From an uncultured Candidatus Peribacteria bacterium (GTDB taxonomy: Bacteria; Patescibacteriota; Gracilibacteria; UBA1369; 2-02-FULL-48-14): a stretch of 64,000 nucleotides of DNA. The stretch lies in assembly GCA_964624175.1 (NCBI GenBank), contig CAZUWE010000003.1:33636-97635 (forward strand), in the 5' to 3' direction. The notes under the pieces were generated by a model. The model was given only the letters and a program-made list of their open reading frames with translations. It made no database searches and was not told the DNA's origin. Made by a program: the position numbers and the translations under genes. Each line of letters begins with the position of its first letter. The stretch's first letter is position 1. Of this stretch, positions 44,007 to 52,004 are shown in pieces.

Positions 44007-44413
44007 TGGAAATCTGGGGAGATAAAACTATCGCGTTACTAGATGTCTGGAGTTTTGAACATTTCATAAGCGGAATCACGATTGGTGGGCTCGTCTTATA
44101 CTTTACGAGGAATAAGTCTCTGAGCGTTTGGCATTTTTTCGGGATTGTTTTGACCCTGGCATATTTATGGGAATTTTTTGAGTATCAATTGGAGGTGGGA
44201 CGTAGTGGAATTGAACGAGTAACCTATTGGTTTCAAGGCGTTGAACACTGGGCGAACCGCTTAGGCAGTGATCCGTTTTTTGTTCTTATTGGAGCCCTGT
44301 TGGGACGGAGGCATGTGTTTACTCAGATTCCAGCAAGATTTGTTTCCTTGATTTGGATGGGTACGCACGTGTTTGTGTTTCCACATTGTATGTATTTACA
44401 TACTTTATTTTAA
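44006..44413 (+). CDS. Hypothetical integral membrane protein
   Basis: 135 aa with 3-4 hydrophobic helices. Its start overlaps the upstream stop (TAATG). Confidence 0.5.
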   Translation: MEIWGDKTIALLDVWSFEHFISGITIGGLVLYFTRNKSLSVWHFFGIVLTLAYLWEFFEYQLEVGRSGIERVTYWFQGVEHWANRLGSDPFFVLIGALLGRRHVFTQIPARFVSLIWMGTHVFVFPHCMYLHTLF

Positions 44414-44485
44414 ACGCATTACTTAGTCCCGGGAGTGAACTTCAAAATATTTGCCTTTTTGTAAATGGTCTGGAATCATAGAGCC

Positions 44486-44539
44486 ATGTCTAGTCTAAGA
44501 CTCAACGCAGCTGTAACAACAACCACTACCGAGAGGTAG
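44486..44539 (+). promoter_or_regulatory. Candidate leader peptide mini-ORF (MSSLRLNAAVTTTTTER) with a run of five Thr codons
   Basis: ATG at 44486 and TAG at 44537-44539. The codons ACA ACA ACC ACT ACC lie at 44516-44530. The ORF is embedded in mutually exclusive hairpins that end in a terminator (see findings). Confidence 0.35.
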
Positions 44540-44567
44540 TGGGATTTTGCGCTTCGTTGCAAACACT

Positions 44568-44595
44568 CCCACAAAACATTGTGGGCTTTTTATTT
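44568..44595 (+). terminator. Rho-independent terminator
   Basis: The sequence is CCCACAA-AACA-TTGTGGG followed by CTTTTTATTTT. Confidence 0.7.
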
Positions 44596-44611
44596 TATAA
44601 CCATAAAAACT

Positions 44612-44821
44612 ATGGTAGCTCAACCCTCTGAACATGACCTTCCTGATGAACTACGTTACGCTGATGTTTTTAATGGAGCGAAGGGACGGCAAGAACAGCC
44701 TGCTCGCGATCCTCGTCTATATTTACCATCGGGAGCGCCGACTGAAGCGCTGGCACCTGTAGACTTTGAGGGCAACTTGGTACACGACCGTGTGGCTCAA
44801 GTGGTGGAAGTTGCGGCGTAA
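44612..44821 (+). CDS. Hypothetical small protein (69 aa)
   Basis: It starts at the ATG at 44612 (MVAQPSEHDL...). No motif is recognised, and the ATG sits in a small hairpin (ACCATA-AAAAC-TATGGT). Coding status is uncertain. Confidence 0.3.
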   Translation: MVAQPSEHDLPDELRYADVFNGAKGRQEQPARDPRLYLPSGAPTEALAPVDFEGNLVHDRVAQVVEVAA

Positions 44822-44915
44822 AAATGTACTTCGTGCAGCTTCGCTGTACTGCGTGCAAATTCTTTGTCAGGAAAACTTCAGGTATTTGTCAGAAAAAAGT
44901 CGCTAGAGTGGGGCT

Positions 44916-45764
44916 ATGAAGATTCAAGCCCTCCCACTACACGATCTACGCTATCCACGCCTCCTGCGCGAGATTTATGACCCACCGCGGGTGCTGTACT
45001 ACGCGGGGAATCTGGCGGCGCTGGAGCGGCCGCTGTGCGCGGTGGTGGGCACGCGGCGGATGAGCGCGTATGGCGAGGCGCAGGCGTTTAGGTTTGGGCG
45101 CGAGCTGAGCGAGCGCGGCATCTGTATTGTGAGCGGGCTGGCGTACGGGATAGACAAGGCGGCGCACGAAGGCGCGCTGCTAGGAAGTGGCGGCACTGTG
45201 GCGGTGCTCGCGCAGGGCTTGCCGGATGTGCAGCCGGGGAAGCATCGTGAACTTGCCGAGCGGATCCTTGCGAAGGGAGGGCTGCTGCTCTGTGAGAAGC
45301 CGGCGGGCGCCGAGACGTATAAGAGTGATTATTTGGTGCGAAATCGGATCATAGCAGGGCTGTGCAAGGCAACGCTGGTGGTGGAGGCGCCTCACAAGTC
45401 TGGCGCGATGAATACGGCCAAACACGCGCTGGATTTTGGCCGCGAGCTGCTGTGCGTGCCTGGGCGGATTGGCGAGGAAGTCTGTGAAGGAACGAATCGC
45501 CTGATAAAAGACGGAGCGCATGTGGCGCTGCAGCCCAAAGACATCGCAGAGATTTTGGAGGTGCCGTGGATGGCAATGACGGTAGAGCTGGAAGGACTGA
45601 GTGCAGAGATTTTTGCGGAGCTACGGAGGGGTGCGCGGTCGCCGGCGGAACTGGGTGAGCGATTCAACAAATTGGCCGAGCTCTATGAGGCACTGGCTGA
45701 CTTAGAAATGCGCGGACTTATCCGCTTCACCAAGGATCTTCGTTACGCAGCTTGTTCAGGCTGA
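44916..45764 (+). CDS. dprA: DNA processing protein DprA (Smf)
   Basis: 282 aa with the blocks ...AVVGTRRMSAYG... and ...SGLAYGIDKAAHEGAL..., a Rossmann-like fold pattern and a C-terminal winged-helix-like tail. It is markedly GC-richer than its neighbours. Confidence 0.85.
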   Translation: MKIQALPLHDLRYPRLLREIYDPPRVLYYAGNLAALERPLCAVVGTRRMSAYGEAQAFRFGRELSERGICIVSGLAYGIDKAAHEGALLGSGGTVAVLAQGLPDVQPGKHRELAERILAKGGLLLCEKPAGAETYKSDYLVRNRIIAGLCKATLVVEAPHKSGAMNTAKHALDFGRELLCVPGRIGEEVCEGTNRLIKDGAHVALQPKDIAEILEVPWMAMTVELEGLSAEIFAELRRGARSPAELGERFNKLAELYEALADLEMRGLIRFTKDLRYAACSG

Positions 45765-47530
45765 GTGGGCTGCTCCGGTTCAACGGGCAGGGTCCACTTT
45801 TGTTCTTCTTCCTTCATACGAGCCTGCGTGCGGTGGAGAGAAATGTCAGTCACGCGTTCCACTTCATTGAGTGTGGTGACACCACGGAGCACTTTGAGCA
45901 CTCCGTCTTCTCCGAGCGTGAGCATGCCTTGGCTGCGGATGATGCGGAAAAGTTCAGGTGTGGATTTTTCGGCAAGAATCGCTTCCTTGAGTTCGTCGCT
46001 GTTGATGAACATTTCGGCAATAGACACTTGGCCAAGGAATCCGGTTTGGCTGCATTTTTCACAACCAGGAGCCTCCGGCAAAGTAGCGGGCACGGACAGT
46101 TGCAGAGCAGGGCTCGCTTCATGAATTTGATCGATGGCTTCTTGGAGCACTGCTCGTTCAGACTCGGTGATGGGCTTTTGCGTCACACAGTAGCTGCAGA
46201 CTTTTCGCACCAGGCGCTGCGCCATAACAATGCTGAGTGCAGGTGCAATCATGAATGGCTTGAGACCAATATTGAGAAGTCGAGGCACGGTTTCAATCGC
46301 GCTGTTGGTGTGCAAAGTAGACAGCAGAATATGACCCGTTAGCGCGGCTTGCGCTGCGGTTTCTGCGGTGTCTAGGTCACGGATTTCTCCGATCATCACA
46401 ATGTCTGGGTCCTGGCGAAGAATGGCGCGCAACCCTGAGCCGAAGCTGTAGCCACGCTTTTCATTGATCTGGCTTTGAGTGATTCCGCTGAGATGATATT
46501 CAATCGGATCCTCGAGCGTGATGATCTTGCTGTCTGGCTCGTTGAAAGCCGTGAGCATGGAGTAGAGGCTGGTGGTTTTACCAGAACCCGTAGGTCCTGT
46601 TACCAGAATCATTCCGTTGGGGATGTCGAGCGCTTTATGGAGGATTTCGAGGTTGCGTCCTTCGAAACCGAGTTCTTCAAAAGTGAGGTTTTTCTTTTTC
46701 GAGTCGAGGAGACGACACACGAAGCTTTCTCCATACTCGGTGGGGATGGAAGAAACACGAACGTCGATTTTACGGTCGTTCACTTGGAAGAAGTAGCGGC
46801 CATCTTGAGGTACATTGGTGATGTTGAGGCGCATTCCCGACTTGTATTTGAGTTGATTGCTCAAGTAGCCGTAGGTTTGCAGATCGAGCTCGAGCACTTG
46901 TTGAAGCACTCCGTCGATACGGAAACGCACGATCACGCGGTTTTCCTCGGGTTGGTAGTGAATATCGGAGGCGCCCGTTTTCAGAGCACCCACACTGAGG
47001 AAGTTCAGTGCTTCTTCAGACGTCACCGTTTGGATTTTTTCACGGAGGGCGCCCAGGTTTTCTACTTCCGCTTGGTACGATTGAATCTTAGCTTCGTCGA
47101 TGATGTTTTCAGTCACAATGGGAGCAGGACCTTCATCGCGGTATTGCAGCAGCGCTTGTCGCAGACCGGTTTCGCTGGCCAGGTTCACATTGATGGCGTA
47201 GCCCTCGTCTTTAAGTTTTTTAATCAGTGCTTGAGTCTCCGGGCTCGTGGGGTGCACCAAGGCGAGGCGGAGTTTCTTCCCAACCCTGAAGAAAGGCATC
47301 ACCAGCGCAGCGGCCGCGTCTTTCCCTTCGACCACTTTGAGGTGATCGGGGTTGATGTGCACACGTGCAATGTCGATGTAGTTCATCCCCATTTTTTGAG
47401 CACGCTCGGCGGTTGCACGTTCTTCAAACTCACGATTGATGCTCGTGAGCGGGCTCGCTCCAGTGGCAGCCATCATGGTGGCGCTTCCATCGGTTTGAAC
47501 TCGAGAAGTGATGAAATCTTTGTCAGCCAT
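45743..47530 (-). CDS. pilB: PilB/GspE-family type II/IV secretion (type IV pilus assembly) ATPase
   Basis: 595 aa with an N-terminal GSPII_E_N-like region, Walker A GPTGSGKTT, an Asp box and Walker B ...DPDIVMIGEIRD.., a His box ...TGHILLSTLHTN and a tetracysteine motif CSYC...CEKC. It overlaps the dprA 3' end by 22 nt (convergent). Confidence 0.9.
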   Translation of the reverse strand: MADKDFITSRVQTDGSATMMAATGASPLTSINREFEERATAERAQKMGMNYIDIARVHINPDHLKVVEGKDAAAALVMPFFRVGKKLRLALVHPTSPETQALIKKLKDEGYAINVNLASETGLRQALLQYRDEGPAPIVTENIIDEAKIQSYQAEVENLGALREKIQTVTSEEALNFLSVGALKTGASDIHYQPEENRVIVRFRIDGVLQQVLELDLQTYGYLSNQLKYKSGMRLNITNVPQDGRYFFQVNDRKIDVRVSSIPTEYGESFVCRLLDSKKKNLTFEELGFEGRNLEILHKALDIPNGMILVTGPTGSGKTTSLYSMLTAFNEPDSKIITLEDPIEYHLSGITQSQINEKRGYSFGSGLRAILRQDPDIVMIGEIRDLDTAETAAQAALTGHILLSTLHTNSAIETVPRLLNIGLKPFMIAPALSIVMAQRLVRKVCSYCVTQKPITESERAVLQEAIDQIHEASPALQLSVPATLPEAPGCEKCSQTGFLGQVSIAEMFINSDELKEAILAEKSTPELFRIIRSQGMLTLGEDGVLKVLRGVTTLNEVERVTDISLHRTQARMKEEEQKWTLPVEPEQPTQPEQAA

Positions 47531-48187
47531 TTAGAAGGTCGTAACTAGACCAATTACAAAGGGTTTGAGTTCAGTCAGAGCTTTGAACGAGAAGAAAATT
47601 CCGTAGGCAATCAATACAAAAGACCCGAGTTTAACTAGCTTTTCGATCATCCATTGTCTGAAAATATGCTTCACGATCAGAGTTGCGAAAGCCACCACCA
47701 GTGAACTGATGGTTCCTCCCACCACAATGTTCATTGCAAAGACAAAGGGAGTCACCGTAGCTGCATAGTCTGCATAAAGGCTTCCGGCCACCATCACCCA
47801 AAACACAATCGCGAGTGGGTTCACCAGGTTCATCATAAAGGCTTTGAAGAAGTCGGTTTCGTAAAATTTAGCCTTATGACGGTGCAAATGTTTGAGCGAA
47901 AGCTTCTTAGGCTTTTCTCGAAGGCTGTTGTATCCCATGGAGATGAGCATGTACGAAGCCACCGACCACATCGCGAGCTTTACTAGGCTGTACTCGATGA
48001 ACTGCGCGGCACCGTATGCTGAAAGCAAAAGGTACACGATGTCCACCAGAGTTGCCCCAAAGATGACTTGCATCTGGTACCAAAACCCACGCTTAGGATC
48101 GAGTCCTTCGCGAATTCCAAAAAGGCTAATGGGCCCTATAACAAAGCCCTGTGTGAAGCCAAATATGAACGCCTGTGGATTTAACAT
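47531..48187 (-). CDS. LysE/RhtB-family amino-acid exporter
   Basis: 218 aa with 6 TM helices and an N-terminal F..G......GP... pattern typical of LysE. Its stop abuts the pilB ATG. Confidence 0.7.
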   Translation of the reverse strand: MLNPQAFIFGFTQGFVIGPISLFGIREGLDPKRGFWYQMQVIFGATLVDIVYLLLSAYGAAQFIEYSLVKLAMWSVASYMLISMGYNSLREKPKKLSLKHLHRHKAKFYETDFFKAFMMNLVNPLAIVFWVMVAGSLYADYAATVTPFVFAMNIVVGGTISSLVVAFATLIVKHIFRQWMIEKLVKLGSFVLIAYGIFFSFKALTELKPFVIGLVTTF

Positions 48188-48225
48188 TTTTGTTTATGTT
48201 TAATTCAATCTGGATATTATATCAC

Positions 48226-48254
48226 AAAAAGGGCCCTTTTTGAAGGCCCTTTTG
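48226..48254 (-). terminator. Probable nusA terminator
   Basis: The minus strand reads AAAAGGGCC-TTCAAAAAG-GGCCCTTTT-T. This is a 9-bp stem followed by Ts. A TATAAT (minus strand, plus coordinates 48216-48221) lies just downstream and could be the lysE -10. Confidence 0.6.
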
Positions 48255-48275
48255 TATCTGCAAAGTGAGGGGGAT

Positions 48276-49550
48276 TTACACGTGCTTCACTGCGTCCACA
48301 ATTTGCTGTGCTTCTTCCTCGCTGATTCCGTCCACTTGCATGAAGTCTTTTACAGTAAGACCCACAAGCTGTGGAACCTGTTCGAGGTTCACAGAAATGA
48401 GTTTTTCCTTGATTGCCTCAGACAGATCGAGCTCGGTCACCATCATGACTCCTGCAGGCGCTCCAGCTTCTCCACCTTGGCTGCTTCCGCCTTCAGATGA
48501 AGCTTCACCAGATCCAGCAGGCTCCGTGGTGTCGAGAATATCGATTTCCCAACCTGTGAGGTGAGACGCGAGACGAACGTTTTGTCCGCTCTTACCAATG
48601 GCGAGCGCTCGTTGATCTTGGGTCACGTACACTTTAGCGAGGTGAGCGGTTTCATCGATTTCAACCTTACTGATCTTCGCAGGTTTGAGGGCTTCTGCGA
48701 TATACTTTTGAGCATCTTCACTCCAGGGAATGATGTCGATACGTTCTCCAGCGAGTTCATGGGTTACGTTTTGTACACGTACTCCATTTTGTCCCACACA
48801 GGCTCCGATTGGGTCCACTTGAGGGTCCTTAGACATCACAGCAACTTTACATCGGACTCCAGGTTCACGTGCCACTCCCTTGAGGACAACGGTTCCTGCC
48901 TTCACTTCAGGAATTTCGAGCTCCATGAGCTTTTCAACAAGCTTAGGATGGGTTCGAGAAATGAGGAGTTGAGGTCCCTTGGTGGTCTTCACTACCTTAT
49001 CGAGATAGAGCTTAATGCGTTGACCTCCGTAGTACTGCTCGGTTGAGATTTGTTCGCGAGCAGGGAGAAGTGCAGTGGTTCCTCCGAGTTCTACGTACAC
49101 TTGGTTGTTGTCCACGCGGTGGATGAGCGCGTTCACGAGTTCATTTTCACGGTCCTTGAAGAGCTCGTACATGTAGTCACGCTCTGCTTCTTGGATGCGT
49201 TGAATGATCACTTGTTTAGCCGCTTGAGCTGCAATACGTCCGTACGCCATTGGAGTTACTTCCATGCGAACTTCTTCATCGAGCTTGATGGTCTTGTTGA
49301 GCTTTTTAGCTTCATCGAGAGAGATCTCTCCATCTGGATCCTCAACCTTATCCACTACCTTTTTAACGATGTAGATGGTTACGTTTTCAGTCTTAGGATC
49401 AATATCTACTTCGATGTTTTGTTCCTTGTTTCCGTAGTCTTTACGGTAGGCAGTGCGAAGGGCTGCCTTTACAATGTCCATAATGATTTCTTCCGGCAGG
49501 TTTTTTTCGTTGCAGAGCTGACGGACCGCTGCCATGAACTGTTGATGCAT
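48276..49550 (-). CDS. nusA: Transcription termination/antitermination factor NusA
   Basis: 424 aa with an N-terminal domain, S1, KH1/KH2 (...GACVGQNGVRVQNV..., ...ALAIGKSGQNVRLAS...) and a C-terminal HhH-type acidic repeat. Confidence 0.95.
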   Translation of the reverse strand: MHQQFMAAVRQLCNEKNLPEEIIMDIVKAALRTAYRKDYGNKEQNIEVDIDPKTENVTIYIVKKVVDKVEDPDGEISLDEAKKLNKTIKLDEEVRMEVTPMAYGRIAAQAAKQVIIQRIQEAERDYMYELFKDRENELVNALIHRVDNNQVYVELGGTTALLPAREQISTEQYYGGQRIKLYLDKVVKTTKGPQLLISRTHPKLVEKLMELEIPEVKAGTVVLKGVAREPGVRCKVAVMSKDPQVDPIGACVGQNGVRVQNVTHELAGERIDIIPWSEDAQKYIAEALKPAKISKVEIDETAHLAKVYVTQDQRALAIGKSGQNVRLASHLTGWEIDILDTTEPAGSGEASSEGGSSQGGEAGAPAGVMMVTELDLSEAIKEKLISVNLEQVPQLVGLTVKDFMQVDGISEEEAQQIVDAVKHV

Positions 49551-49570
49551 ATTTAAGGTAATTAGATTGG

Positions 49571-49601
49571 AAAAAGCAGCAGGATAGAATCCTACGATGC
49601 T
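49571..49601 (-). terminator. Possible recX terminator
   Basis: The minus strand AGCATCGTAGGA-TTCTA-TCCTGCTGCT forms an imperfect stem (2-nt bulge, one G-U pair) followed by TTTTT. Confidence 0.4.
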
Positions 49602-49625
49602 TATTTATTGATTTGTGAGCTTACT

Positions 49626-50093
49626 TTACGGCGTTTCCTCAGGTTTGGCAAGTTCAAAAATGATTTCAGGAGAGAATCCGCGAGAAGCAAGGAACTGTGC
49701 TCTCTTTTGGTAGAGCTTTTCCCGGGGCACTTTTGCGAAGCGTTTTGAAGCACGTGTGAGGGCATCGAGGGCAAGTGCTTTTTCGTCGATTTCCATTTCA
49801 TTCCAAGCAGCTTCCATGTCTTTCATAGAGATACCTTTTTGGCGAAGTTTATTGGCAAGTTTGAAGCGTCCTTGAGGTTTGATGCGAGTGGAGGTTTCAA
49901 TGGCGCTACGCGTGTAGGCAGCATCGTCTAAAAGCTTGAGCTCCGTGAGACGAGCCAAAACCTGTGCCTCGAGCTGCGGGGTAGAAAGTAGTCGCTTTCT
50001 TAATTTCTCCTGCAACTCGAAGCTGGTATGGGCTCTCCGTGAGAGCGCACGCATTGCATAGTTCATTAGGTCTCGGTAGGTAGCGTCTTCCAT
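49626..50093 (-). CDS. recX: RecX regulatory protein
   Basis: 155 aa of helical repeats typical of RecX (...ALSRRAHTSFELQEKLRKR...). It lies immediately downstream of recA. Confidence 0.8.
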   Translation of the reverse strand: MEDATYRDLMNYAMRALSRRAHTSFELQEKLRKRLLSTPQLEAQVLARLTELKLLDDAAYTRSAIETSTRIKPQGRFKLANKLRQKGISMKDMEAAWNEMEIDEKALALDALTRASKRFAKVPREKLYQKRAQFLASRGFSPEIIFELAKPEETP

Positions 50094-50103
50094 GACTCAG
50101 TGG

Positions 50104-51135
50104 TTACTCTGCTTGAGCAGCCACTTTTTCGCGAACCATCTTCTCAAGCTCATTTGAAACTTGTGGATTTTCTACTAAGAAATCTTTGCTATTTTCACGT
50201 CCTTGTCCGAGACGGGTTTCTCCATAGCTGTAGAAGGCACCTGACTTACGTACGAATTCGTACTTGGTTGCAAGGTCGAGGATGTCTCCTTCTTTAGAGA
50301 TACCTCGATTGTAGAGAATATCGAATTCTGCCGTTTTGAAGGGAGGGGCAATCTTGTTTTTCACCACTTTCACACGCACACGGTTTCCTACGAGTTCCTT
50401 TCCGTCTCCCGCATTATCGGAAGTTCCTTCAATAGAACCAATGCGACGAATGTCGAGACGCACAGAAGCGTAGAACTTGAGAGCTTGTCCTCCGGTAGTG
50501 GTTTCTGGGTTACCAAACATCACTCCAATCTTCATACGAAGCTGGTTGAGGAAGATCACGATACAGTTGGATTTGCTGATTGCAGCGGTGAGTTTACGAA
50601 GGGCTTGGCTCATGAGACGAGCTTGGAGACCCATTTGGGCATCTCCCATTTCTCCTTCGATTTCTGCTCTTGGGACAAGAGCGGCAACGGAGTCTACTAC
50701 TACAATGTCTACCGCATTTGATCGTACAAGGGTTTCCACGATTTCGAGCGCCTGCTCTCCCATATCTGGCTGAGAAAGGAGCAAGTTATCGGTATCTACT
50801 CCAATCTTGCGAGCGTAGGCAGGATCGAGCGCATGCTCGGCATCCACGAAGGCTGCGGTTCCTCCTTGCTTTTGCAGTTCTGAAATCACGTGCAAGGCGA
50901 GGGTAGTTTTACCAGAACTTTCTGGCCCATAGATTTCAATCACACGTCCTTTTGGGATTCCGCCTCCGAGCGCGAGGTCCAGAGAGAGTGAGCCAGTCGG
51001 AACGGTTTCAACGTCCATGTGCTTGGATTCTCCAAGCTTCATAATAGAGCCGCTTCCGAAATTCTTTTCAATTTGCGAAAGGGCAAGTTCGAGAGCTTTT
51101 TTGCGGTTCTCGTTTCCCGCTTCATCTTTTGCCAT
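50104..51135 (-). CDS. recA: Recombinase RecA
   Basis: 343 aa with Walker [11 protein letters not shown], the L1/L2 regions and ...[22 protein letters not shown].... Confidence 0.97.
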   Translation of the reverse strand: MAKDEAGNENRKKALELALSQIEKNFGSGSIMKLGESKHMDVETVPTGSLSLDLALGGGIPKGRVIEIYGPESSGKTTLALHVISELQKQGGTAAFVDAEHALDPAYARKIGVDTDNLLLSQPDMGEQALEIVETLVRSNAVDIVVVDSVAALVPRAEIEGEMGDAQMGLQARLMSQALRKLTAAISKSNCIVIFLNQLRMKIGVMFGNPETTTGGQALKFYASVRLDIRRIGSIEGTSDNAGDGKELVGNRVRVKVVKNKIAPPFKTAEFDILYNRGISKEGDILDLATKYEFVRKSGAFYSYGETRLGQGRENSKDFLVENPQVSNELEKMVREKVAAQAE

Positions 51136-51170
51136 AGTGTGGAGGGTTAAAAACTAAGATGGTTGAGCTG

Positions 51171-51199
51171 AGTATAGGTGAGTGCGCACTCACCGTCAA
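51171..51199 (-). promoter_or_regulatory. recA sigma70-type promoter TTGACG-17-TATACT with an 18-bp perfect palindrome (GGTGAGTGCGCACTCACC, 51177-51194) filling the spacer
   Basis: The minus strand reads TTGACG GTGAGTGCGCACTCACC TATACT. The -10 ends 35 nt upstream of the recA ATG. The palindrome is an exact self-complement. Confidence 0.65.
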
Positions 51200-51363
51200 T
51201 ACGAAAAATACAATTCGCTGAGCGAGACCTTATTGTAGCGCGTTTTTAAGGAAAAGTCCTGAAGAAAACCTGAAATTCTTGACGATACTATTTAAATTAA
51301 GATCCCCCATAAGACTAGCCATGATCCAAATTTATGCTAAAATGTTGTGCTTCATACTAAACT

Positions 51364-51999
51364 ATGGAAAGCAAGCTTTCAGACTATCTAAGAGATGAAC
51401 TCGCACAAAACGACGGATCGCTAGATAGTCTGGAAACAACTCTATTAATGTACCCCAAAAAAGTTCGCGGCGTCCCCGCCAGTTTACTCGATTTAGGTTG
51501 TGGAAGTGAAAGTGATAGTGCTGCTTCAGGAGAAGAAAATATGCCACCCATCCTATGTGAAAGAGCAGTCGACTATGAGTGGAGTAGTGTGACAGGAGTT
51601 GATCATAAGATTGATATGAACAAAAAGAGAAGGTGGACCGCGCTGACATGTGATTTAACTGACAGAAAAAGCCGATACCAAGTTATGCCAAGCAATACCT
51701 TCGACTGTGTGGTATCTAACTTTCTTATTAGCGTTAATCCTAGAGAAATTTCTCCGTCTTTGGTTTTTGCTTCTGGGTTACGGCCTTATACGGACTGTGA
51801 TACTACAGAAGAGCTTACAGTGGAATTAGACTATCTAACTTTCCTTAGTGGTTTTCTATACGACATTCATAGAACATTGAAACTGGGAGGAGTTTTTTTA
51901 CTTAATAGGTCTAATGCGTTTACAAAAACCGCAAGAGGTCTCAAGCCAGTAGTTGGTATCCCTATGAACCCTATTTCAACTTATACTTTGCCGTATTAG
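51364..51999 (+). CDS. Hypothetical protein, possibly a class I SAM-dependent methyltransferase
   Basis: 211 aa, AT-richer than its neighbours. LLDLGCGSE resembles methyltransferase motif I and DCVVSNFLI resembles the post-I/II region. The evidence is weak. Confidence 0.45.
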   Translation: MESKLSDYLRDELAQNDGSLDSLETTLLMYPKKVRGVPASLLDLGCGSESDSAASGEENMPPILCERAVDYEWSSVTGVDHKIDMNKKRRWTALTCDLTDRKSRYQVMPSNTFDCVVSNFLISVNPREISPSLVFASGLRPYTDCDTTEELTVELDYLTFLSGFLYDIHRTLKLGGVFLLNRSNAFTKTARGLKPVVGIPMNPISTYTLPY

Positions 52000-52004
52000 T
52001 TTTA

